From: Sedimentisphaerales bacterium
Lineage (GTDB): Bacteria > Planctomycetota > Phycisphaerae > Sedimentisphaerales > Anaerobacaceae
Length of the DNA: 64,000 nucleotides
Reading direction: 5' to 3'
Assembly (NCBI GenBank): GCA_040772485.1
Contig: JAXGYC010000007.1
Coordinates: 1,056,001 to 1,120,000 of the forward strand
Below the pieces are notes generated by a model. The model saw only the letters and a program-made list of their open reading frames with translations, made no database searches and was not told where the DNA came from. A program made the translations under genes and the position numbers. Positions 34,069-41,554 of the stretch are shown one piece after another (the stretch's first letter is position 1; every line of letters begins with the position of its first letter).

Positions 34069-34097
34069 ATTATGAGCTTCCGCCGCAGGCGAGGCAA
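34069..34097 (-). promoter_or_regulatory. Putative promoter of the GIY-YIG gene (probably leaderless mRNA)
   Basis: Minus strand TTGCCT-17 bp-CATAAT, then 6 nt, then the GTG start; no Shine-Dalgarno sequence. Confidence 0.55.
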
Positions 34098-34163
34098 GAT
34101 TTTGCCGGGCCGGGCGGGGTTGAGGCCAGGATTTCCGGTCCTGCGAAATTGCCCGGTTTCTGA

Positions 34164-34191
34164 TTGACAGGGGAGGCAAAGCGGGTATGAT
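34164..34191 (+). promoter_or_regulatory. Near-consensus sigma70 promoter reading into the repeat array
   Basis: TTGACA-16 bp-TATGAT. Confidence 0.6.
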
Positions 34192-34219
34192 TGTCATAGA
34201 ACTAATTTGAAGCAGGGCA

Positions 34220-34883
34220 GGAGGCCGGAGGCTGGAGGTTGCCATGGACGCATTTACGCTCCGACGCTTCTACGCATCTACGCGAGCCGTGCATACGAGG
34301 CGAGATACGAGATACGAGCAAAGCCTGTCCCGAGCGAAGCCGAGGGGAGACACCGCTCCCCGTGGACTGGAGGCCCGAGGCTGGAGGGTTGCATGAACGC
34401 ATCTGCGCTCCGACGCTTTTACGCATCTACGCGAGCCCCGCTCGCGCTGCGAGCGACGGGCAAAGCCTGCCCCGAGCGAAGCCGAGGGGAGGGACGAGCG
34501 ACACGCCTGGCCCGCAGGGCAGGCGTGCCAAACAAAGCCAATTTCGGCGTTTTTGGGCTGAAAATGCGGATCGGGACGAGAAGGCAAAGCCAATCCTGCG
34601 GCCGCCGGCGGCCGGAAGTTGGAGCGTAGATGCGTAGAAGCGTAGACGGGTAGGGAGGGCAAGGCGAATGTGCAAAACAAAGCCAAATTGTCAGGCTGGA
34701 GGCTGGAGGCTGGAGACCCGAGGCTGGAGGGTTCCTTCGGCGCATTTGTCCGAGCTCTGCCCACCATGCGGGTCACCGGACACGGGGCACGGGCCACGAA
34801 ATGCGAAACAGAGCCAATTCGGGAGGCCGGAGGGTTCCGCAAACGCATCTACGCTCCGACGCTTCTACGTTTCTACGCGAGCC
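34220..34883 (+). repeat. Mosaic intergenic repeat array
   Basis: 41-bp block at 34248-34288, 34397-34437, 34843-34883 plus an inverted part-copy at 34624-34643; 30-bp block CAAAGCCTGYCCCGAGCGAAGCCGAGGGGA at 34319-34348 and 34461-34490; AAACAAAGCCAAT-type motif at ~34530, 34585, 34675, 34806; GGAGGCT-type heptamer runs. Confidence 0.9.
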
Positions 34884-34901
34884 CCGCTGCGCGGGGCTGC
34901 C

Positions 34902-34930
34902 TTGCCGGCGGGCGAGGCGAGAGGTAGACT
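34902..34930 (+). promoter_or_regulatory. Putative promoter of the stand-alone gluconolactonase gene
   Basis: TTGCCG-17 bp-TAGACT, 25 nt upstream of the ATG. Confidence 0.45.
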
Positions 34931-34955
34931 CAGTCAAAAACGAAAGGAGGCACCG

Positions 34956-35876
34956 ATGATGGCAAGGACACTGGCAATCGCGTTGGTGGTCGTGGCGGCG
35001 GGCGCGTGCGGCGCGCAGGACGTCGGCGTGGTGGCGCCGGGGGCCGAGGTGAAGAAGCTGGTGGGCGACTTCCAGTTCACCGAGGGTCCGGCGGCGGACG
35101 CCAGGGGCGACATCTACTTCACGGACATCCCGGACAACCGCATCCTCAAGTGGTCGGTCGAGGCCGGACAGCTCACCACGTTCCGAGAGAACTCGAACGG
35201 CGCCAACGGCCTGTACTTCGACAAGGCGGGCAACCTGCTGGTGTGCGAAGGCAAAAGCGACGCCGGCCGTCTGGTTTCGATCGCGCCCGACGGGACGCCG
35301 GCCGTGCTGGCCGACAAGTACGAGGGCAAGCCGTTCAACAGCCTCAACGACTTGTGGATCGACCCGAGGGGCGGCGTGTATTTCAGCGACCCGCGCTACG
35401 GCAACCGGGACAACCTGCCGCAGGACGGCGAGCACGTGTACTACCTGACGCCGGACCGCGCCAAGGTGATCCGCGTCATCAGTGACATGGTTCGGCCCAA
35501 CGGCCTGATCGGAACGCCCGACGGCAAGACGCTCTACGTCACCGACCACGGCGCGGACAAGACCTTCGCCTACGCGGTGAACGACGACGGCACGCTTGCG
35601 GACAAGAAGCTCTTCGCGCCCGAAGGCTCCGACGGCATGACCATCGACAGCCGGGGCAACGTCTACCTGACCAACCGCGTCGTCGCCATCTACGACCGCG
35701 ACGGCAAGAGGATCGCCGAGATCACGGTCCCTGAAGGTCCGTCCAATGTCACCTTTGGCGGACCCGGCCGAAGGACGCTGTTCATCACCGCACGCACGTC
35801 GCTTTACAGCATCGAGATGGCAATGCGAGGGGCCCGGACGCCCGTGACGCCAACGAGGCGACCGCGACAGCGATAA
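34956..35876 (+). CDS. Secreted SMP-30/gluconolactonase/LRE family protein
   Basis: ATG after AGGAGG; signal peptide; FQFTEGP, NSLNDL, PNGL, SDGM; clear paralogue of the C-terminal domain of 30087-32570. Confidence 0.9.
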   Translation: MMARTLAIALVVVAAGACGAQDVGVVAPGAEVKKLVGDFQFTEGPAADARGDIYFTDIPDNRILKWSVEAGQLTTFRENSNGANGLYFDKAGNLLVCEGKSDAGRLVSIAPDGTPAVLADKYEGKPFNSLNDLWIDPRGGVYFSDPRYGNRDNLPQDGEHVYYLTPDRAKVIRVISDMVRPNGLIGTPDGKTLYVTDHGADKTFAYAVNDDGTLADKKLFAPEGSDGMTIDSRGNVYLTNRVVAIYDRDGKRIAEITVPEGPSNVTFGGPGRRTLFITARTSLYSIEMAMRGARTPVTPTRRPRQR

Positions 35877-35902
35877 GGCAGCCTCCCTGCCGTGGATGTC
35901 CC

Positions 35903-37438
35903 TCAATCGGCGGGCGGCGGCTCGACTGCCTCTGTCTCGACATCGTGACGTCGTATCGAGCGAGGCAGCATCTGAGCCGCCAGCAGGAGAACCAGGCCCA
36001 GCCAGGCGGCAGAGGTAATCCAGGTGACAATCGCCGCGAGGATCAGCGCCAACCAAACAGCGAACTGGAGCGACGGCAGCGGCACGTCGCGGCGTGTCGC
36101 ATTGCGCCGCCAGCGTCGGACGCCCCACAGGGACGCCGCGATCTCGCCGGAGCCGACGACCAGAAAGGCAAGGACACCCGCATAGACGATCCAGGGAACC
36201 GACGGCGGCGCCTCTCTGCGGACAGGCATGAGCGGTCGCCTCGTCAGCGCGAAGAGCGTCGCGGCCTCGCCGAGATAGGGCGCATCGGAGAAGATCGAGA
36301 GCATTCGCGGCACGAGCAATGTCCCATCCGGCAGCGGCCAGGCGGCGAGCATGGCCTCAGCGCCGAGAGCGTATGCGCGGTCGGTGTCGCCCATCGCGCG
36401 GGTAGCGCCGGCGCCGAACGCGCTGGCGGCGACTCCGAAGCCGGCGACCACCGGTCCGGCGTCCACGTCGTTCATCGCGAACCAGCCGACCTCGATCCCT
36501 TTGGGATACTCGCGAAAGCCGGCCAGCCAGCGTCCCCGCTGCCAGAACCGGCTCTCGTACGTGTCGTACCAGAGCCGGGCCGTCTGGGGCCAGATCTGCG
36601 GCGCCCAGATCAGCATGAACGACAGTCCGACGCCCCGGGCGCTGTCGAGGGCCTGGCCCGTCCTTGAACTGACAACGTAGGCGGGCAATCCGGTGTGCAC
36701 GTCCAGGCGCGTGTCCTGAAAACCCCGAATGGCGCGGGCGACGAACGCGGAATGGTCCGTGCCCAGAACGGCGTCGGCACGCCGGATCGCCGCGACGGCC
36801 GGGACGATATCGACCGGGTAACATTGGCCGGGATAGTCATCCAGAAGCCCGAAAGGCGAGGCGTCCAGCTCAGCCGCCAGCGACTCGACCTGCGATCGCA
36901 GGAGGCCCTCATACTTCGCGTCGCCCAGCAGCTTCTGGTAGCTCGTCAGCGCGCTGATCAACAGCATGCGATAGAACAGGTTCTCGGTCTCGAGGTACTT
37001 GTCGCCCCAGTGCTGGCGGACCCAGCCGGCGTGGTTCGGGTCGGCCACGAGCGCCGTCGCCGCCGCGATCGCATCGCGGGCATAGTCCTTCGGCGCCGAT
37101 GGCGCGAGCCTCGGATTCTCCTCGAACACCTGTTGCAGGCTTTCGGTCGCCCAGAGATAGAAGACCGAGCCGAACAGCGGCCACTCCGTGCCGGCGATGT
37201 CGCTGGTGGTGAGTCGGCCGGCTATTCCCGACGCCACCCTGCGGCGGGCCCATTCGGCGTACCTGGGCGACAGCGCACGGTGCCAGCGCCAGACGCGACG
37301 CGGCACGGCCGAGCCGTCCAGCCCGGGGTCGTGGAGGCCGCGGATCACCGTCCCGGCCGGAAGAACGAAGACGTACACCGACAGGGCGATGATGACCAGC
37401 GCGTTGGTGTACACACAGACCGAGAGGCATTTCCGCAT
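35903..37438 (-). CDS. Membrane-anchored hypothetical protein, possibly an (alpha/alpha)6 barrel resembling linalool dehydratase/isomerase
   Basis: One N-terminal and about three C-terminal TM segments; GTEWPLFG, LFYR, LDDYPGQCYPVD, GFREYP, DVDAGPV. Confidence 0.6.
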   Translation of the reverse strand: MRKCLSVCVYTNALVIIALSVYVFVLPAGTVIRGLHDPGLDGSAVPRRVWRWHRALSPRYAEWARRRVASGIAGRLTTSDIAGTEWPLFGSVFYLWATESLQQVFEENPRLAPSAPKDYARDAIAAATALVADPNHAGWVRQHWGDKYLETENLFYRMLLISALTSYQKLLGDAKYEGLLRSQVESLAAELDASPFGLLDDYPGQCYPVDIVPAVAAIRRADAVLGTDHSAFVARAIRGFQDTRLDVHTGLPAYVVSSRTGQALDSARGVGLSFMLIWAPQIWPQTARLWYDTYESRFWQRGRWLAGFREYPKGIEVGWFAMNDVDAGPVVAGFGVAASAFGAGATRAMGDTDRAYALGAEAMLAAWPLPDGTLLVPRMLSIFSDAPYLGEAATLFALTRRPLMPVRREAPPSVPWIVYAGVLAFLVVGSGEIAASLWGVRRWRRNATRRDVPLPSLQFAVWLALILAAIVTWITSAAWLGLVLLLAAQMLPRSIRRHDVETEAVEPPPAD

Positions 37439-37469
37439 GCGAAACTCCACTTCCACCAGACCGCCGGCA

Positions 37470-37498
37470 AGACTATCGGTGCCCTGACCGCCTGTCAA
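37470..37498 (-). promoter_or_regulatory. Putative sigma70 promoter
   Basis: Minus strand TTGACA-17 bp-TAGTCT upstream of CDS 35903-37438. Confidence 0.55.
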
Positions 37499-37721
37499 CG
37501 CGAATCCCCATCCTGCGCCCCGACATCGACAGGCCTCAAGCCGGAAGCCTCAGGCAATCTGGAATCGGGCCGGATCGCAGCCCACTTCTGACAGAGGCAC
37601 GACGCACCATGCACTGCGACGGGATTTGCATAACCTCAGTATTTCCAGCACCTTACACTAAGACGACTTCGCCAGACCCAAGCTGGCGACTCACCACTGC
37701 AAACGCCGACAAAGAGAACCC

Positions 37722-37750
37722 TTTACTAACACCTGCCACTGTGGTAAAAT
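37722..37750 (+). promoter_or_regulatory. Putative sigma70 promoter
   Basis: TTTACT-17 bp-TAAAAT with TGG extended -10. Confidence 0.5.
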
Positions 37751-37898
37751 AGGTAATATTCGGTATATGGGGATTCCTGTTTGTGACGGTGTCCCGGTGC
37801 AGGCCACGCTGTTTGGACGGCCTGATGTGCTTTCAGGGGGAACTGAATTCTCTTTCCGGCTTTAGTTTGCCGAAACCTTGGTAGGAGGTGAGCATACG

Positions 37899-38900
37899 AT
37901 GAAAGCGGCACGCGTACTGGGTCTGATGGGTTGTCTGCTGTTGCTGTCCGGCGCGGCGAATGCCGGCACCACCATCATCAAGAATACCCTCGACTACACT
38001 GCCAACGGAGACTTCGACGAACCCTGGTTCCTGCCTCCGGACGAGATAGCGGATCATTCGCCCTACCATCGGGGCATGTTGGAAGACTGGGGTTGGACAC
38101 ACAAGCTCCGAAACTACATCCCCTCCGACGCCTTGGGCATCCTCTCCGCCTACCTGACGATCAACGCCTGGGATGTCGACGCCAATGACCCGGAGGGCCC
38201 CGAAATCGACATCGTCTACGCCAACTCGATCCGGCTCGGCACCCTGGAGGACACGGGCGGACGTCAATGGAAGACCACTCGATTCGACCTGCCGCGCGAG
38301 GTCCTCGCCGACCTCTGGGCCGACGGCGAGGTCTACATCTTCATAGACATCGACAACGTGTGGGATTACGTCGGTCACCGCGTAACGCTGGGCTCTGCCA
38401 CTCTGACGGTGGAGTACGAAGTTTCCGGGGCGGGGACGCCGTCGCGTCTGACCGTCCACCGATTCTGGTCGCCGGCCTTGTCGAGCCACTTCTACACCGC
38501 CGATGAGAAGGAAAAGCAGGACTTGATCGACAAGCATGCCAAGGAATGGACGTACGAGGGCGTCGCTTTTCACGCCCTTCCGGCGGCATTCGAGCCGAAC
38601 AGCGCCCCGGTCTATCGCTTCTGGTCCAAACCTTTGAACACGCACTTCTATACGATCAGCGAAAGGGAACGAGACAAGCTTGTCGACCAGTTCTCCTACA
38701 CGTGGGCCTACGAGGGCGAGGTGTTCTGGGCCTATGCCGCCGGCAAACAACCGGCCGACACAATCCCGGTCTATCGCTTCTGGTCCGACGTCCTGCAGCG
38801 GCACTTCTATACCACGGATGAGGCGACGAAGGACAAGATGATCCTCGAGAATTCGGACGTCTGGATCTACGAACGCATCGCGTGGTACGCCTACGAATAG
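37899..38900 (+). CDS. Secreted protein with three C-terminal DUF5648-like repeats
   Basis: ATG after AGGAGG; signal peptide; three V(H/Y)RFWS...HFYT...W(T/A/I)YE repeats. Confidence 0.8.
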   Translation: MKAARVLGLMGCLLLLSGAANAGTTIIKNTLDYTANGDFDEPWFLPPDEIADHSPYHRGMLEDWGWTHKLRNYIPSDALGILSAYLTINAWDVDANDPEGPEIDIVYANSIRLGTLEDTGGRQWKTTRFDLPREVLADLWADGEVYIFIDIDNVWDYVGHRVTLGSATLTVEYEVSGAGTPSRLTVHRFWSPALSSHFYTADEKEKQDLIDKHAKEWTYEGVAFHALPAAFEPNSAPVYRFWSKPLNTHFYTISERERDKLVDQFSYTWAYEGEVFWAYAAGKQPADTIPVYRFWSDVLQRHFYTTDEATKDKMILENSDVWIYERIAWYAYE

Positions 38901-38932
38901 CCCGGCATCGAACGCCGTCTCCCGGCTCGTAG

Positions 38933-40069
38933 TTACGGAGCCAGGAAGCGCTCGAAGAAAACGTAGATCTGAGCGTTGGACTCGGCGGTCGGGTCGTGCG
39001 CAGGCCGGTTCGTCATTGCGACGCGATCTGAGTGCCCCAGGAGTCGGTTGACCTCAACGGCGTGATTGAGAGCCTGCCAGCGTTTGGGCGGGTCCTCGGC
39101 GCCGCCGGACACGAGAAATGGACGCGGCGCCATCAGTGCGTGCAACTCGTGCAGGTCGCGGCCCGTCTCCACCATCCGCTTGTAGGGACCGGTGCGAGGA
39201 CTCGCTTCGCGGATAACGCCCCGCTGCCGCTGCACCTTCGCGTCCCAGCCGAGATACCACGGCTCCCAGTAGTTGACGTTGGGTCGCGTCTCGTCGAAGA
39301 CAATCCCCGGGTCCGACCACGCCGCACAGGCGAACTTGTCATAGAGGCACGAGGCAAACATCGCCCACTTGCCGCCGTACGAATGGCCGACGATCCCAAT
39401 TCGGTAGGGATCAACGTCGGGGCGATTCGCCAGCGCGGTGTGGCAGTTGGCCGCCACGTAGGCCAGCGCCGAAAGCGGCTGGAGCGGAGGCTGCCCTTCC
39501 GGCACATCCCAGAGCGGCTTGTATGGGGCATTGAGACTGGCGAACGCCGGCGTCCCGATCGACAGAGCCACGAAACCTCGCCGGGCCAACTGGTAGCCGA
39601 AGTCGCGCAGCTCCTTGCCCAGCCCGGCGCCGGTTTCGGCGTCGTAGTAGACCACGAGCACCGCAGGAAACGGCCCCTGGCCCTTGGGGACGAGCAGGTA
39701 ACCAGCCACAGTCTGATCACCCGGCGCGATCTCGACAGTGACCTTGTGTTGGGTCAAATCGTCTCGCCGCGTCTCGTCCAGGTATTGGACCTTCGGGTTC
39801 TCGATCAGCGGGGGCCAGAAACCGGTCAGCTCCCGCCATGCCGCGAGAATCTCCTCACGCCTCCGCCGCCAGTCGTCAACCGTGCGGACGTGTAAGCCAT
39901 CGTTGAACTCCAGGACAGATCGATAGGCGCCGAAATCGCTCGCGAACGCCGCAGGCGGTGCAAAGAACGGGCGGAGGGTCTCCGGGACATCTCCGTTGGC
40001 AAGCGGATGCGCACCGCTGCCACCCAATGCCATGGACAGCAAGCCAAACAGACGCAGCAGCAAGGACAT
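38933..40069 (-). CDS. Secreted alpha/beta hydrolase (dienelactone hydrolase/acetyl xylan esterase-like)
   Basis: GYLLVP, GPFPAVL, GHSYGG nucleophile elbow, DLHELHALMAPRP, His in RPAHD. Confidence 0.8.
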   Translation of the reverse strand: MSLLLRLFGLLSMALGGSGAHPLANGDVPETLRPFFAPPAAFASDFGAYRSVLEFNDGLHVRTVDDWRRRREEILAAWRELTGFWPPLIENPKVQYLDETRRDDLTQHKVTVEIAPGDQTVAGYLLVPKGQGPFPAVLVVYYDAETGAGLGKELRDFGYQLARRGFVALSIGTPAFASLNAPYKPLWDVPEGQPPLQPLSALAYVAANCHTALANRPDVDPYRIGIVGHSYGGKWAMFASCLYDKFACAAWSDPGIVFDETRPNVNYWEPWYLGWDAKVQRQRGVIREASPRTGPYKRMVETGRDLHELHALMAPRPFLVSGGAEDPPKRWQALNHAVEVNRLLGHSDRVAMTNRPAHDPTAESNAQIYVFFERFLAP

Positions 40070-40090
40070 GGCCGGACTCCCACACACGCC

Positions 40091-40137
40091 AAAAAAGAAA
40101 GGCCCGACGGCTGGAGCGATGTCCGGCTCATCGGGCC
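40091..40137 (-). terminator. Rho-independent terminator after the tandem Gfo/Idh/MocA genes
   Basis: Minus strand GGCCCGATG...CGTCGGGCC stem followed by TTTCTTTTTT. Confidence 0.8.
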
Positions 40138-40164
40138 CTGGATGTCAATCACGCCATCCCCGCG

Positions 40165-41505
40165 TCAGACCAACGGGTCGCGTCCCGTGGCGACGGCATG
40201 GTACAGCGGCTTGCCCGCCAGCAGATCGGCCTGACTCGGAACGAGGCTCTGCTTCGACTCGTTCATCAACCAATCCCAGGTAACCACCTGGCCCGTGAAG
40301 GCGGCGATCCGCGCCCCGATTGCCGTCAGCGTGCTCTCGGCAATTCGCTGGCCTTCGTTGAGCACGTTGCCGCTGCGAATGCTCTGGATCAGGTCGATGT
40401 GCTCGCGCAGCATGCCGTCGACGTTCTCGCCCTGATAGGTCCAGGCATTCTGGCCGGTGATATTGTGGTTGCAGTCGCTGGTCCCCTTGGTGCCGACGAT
40501 CTTCTCGCCGTTGCGGCCGGTGCCGGGGCTGTGGCCGCTGAAGCTCAGGCAGCGGGCGCCGTTGGGATACTCGAACTCGGCGTAGATGTGGTCCCAGATG
40601 TCGCCGTTGAACTTCTCCCAACCGTCTTCGCTGCCGGTGAACTTGCGGCAGACCTCTTTGGCGGTGCGGACCTGGTCCTGGTTGGCGTCGCGCCACTGGC
40701 GACCGCCGACCGCCATGAACCTGGCGGGCGGACCGTTGAAACACCAGTTCAGCACGTCGATGTTGTGGATGTGCTGCTCGCAGATCTGGTCGCCGGAGAG
40801 CCAGGTGAAGTGATACCAGTTCTCGCACTGCCAGTCGAGCTCGCTCATGCCCTCGCTGGCGCCGCGGAACCAGATGCCTCCGCCGTACCAGTAGCACTGG
40901 CCGCCGACCAGCTCGCCGATCGCGCCGTCGTGGATACGTTTCATCAGCTCCATGCGGCTGAATTCGTGGCGGCGCTGCGTGCCGCAGACGATCGCCAGTC
41001 CCTTCTCCTTGGCCAGCTTCGAGGCCGCCATGACCTCCTTGCAGCCGGCCACGTCGGTCGCGACGGGCTTTTCCGTGAAGATGTGCTTGCCCGCCTTGAT
41101 CGCGGCCATCATCTGCCTTCCGCGGAAGGCCGGAGCGGTCGCCATCAGCAGCAGATCGGCCTCGCACTTGGCCAGCTTCTCGTAGCAGTCGTAGCCCCAG
41201 TACAGGTGATCGTCATCGATCTTGATGCGGCCCTGGTACTGCTCTTTCTTCATGAAGTTGTCGCGGGTCCCTCGCACCTTGCCCTCAAACAGGTCCGCCA
41301 TCGCGATCACCTCGATGCCGGGGTCGGCCTGAAGACACTGCTCGAGGGCGCCGTTGCCGCGCCCGCCGCAGCCCAGCAGGCCAACCTTGATCTTGCCGGT
41401 GCCCTGGGCATAGGCCATTCGACCGATCGAGGCGGCCGTCGCCACCACGCCGGCCGTCGCGACGTTCTTCCCCAATGTGCTCTTATCGTTATCTGACGAT
41501 GCCAT
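40165..41505 (-). CDS. Gfo/Idh/MocA family oxidoreductase with signal-like N-terminus lacking RR
   Basis: GCGGRG, FTEKP, GTQRRH, SGDQICEQHIHNID; AAGGAG RBS. Confidence 0.9.
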   Translation of the reverse strand: MASSDNDKSTLGKNVATAGVVATAASIGRMAYAQGTGKIKVGLLGCGGRGNGALEQCLQADPGIEVIAMADLFEGKVRGTRDNFMKKEQYQGRIKIDDDHLYWGYDCYEKLAKCEADLLLMATAPAFRGRQMMAAIKAGKHIFTEKPVATDVAGCKEVMAASKLAKEKGLAIVCGTQRRHEFSRMELMKRIHDGAIGELVGGQCYWYGGGIWFRGASEGMSELDWQCENWYHFTWLSGDQICEQHIHNIDVLNWCFNGPPARFMAVGGRQWRDANQDQVRTAKEVCRKFTGSEDGWEKFNGDIWDHIYAEFEYPNGARCLSFSGHSPGTGRNGEKIVGTKGTSDCNHNITGQNAWTYQGENVDGMLREHIDLIQSIRSGNVLNEGQRIAESTLTAIGARIAAFTGQVVTWDWLMNESKQSLVPSQADLLAGKPLYHAVATGRDPLV

Positions 41506-41554
41506 ATCAGCTATCTCCTTCGTTCGATCTCTTCGCGTTCTCGTCTCACATGGA

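Noticed and set aside
34220..34883. Repeat array as a CRISPR array
   Set aside because: Several different repeat blocks, irregular spacing, low-complexity inserts, an inverted copy and no cas genes
34202..34927. Short ORFs over the repeat array, including the N-terminal extension of ORF 34668-35876
   Set aside because: Repetitive translations in multiple frames on both strands; the lactonase has a clear RBS and signal peptide at 34956
37531..37554. AGGCCTCAAGCCGGAAGCCTCAGG as an inverted remnant of the GGAGGCT heptamer family
   Set aside because: Only about three degenerate units; too short to distinguish from chance
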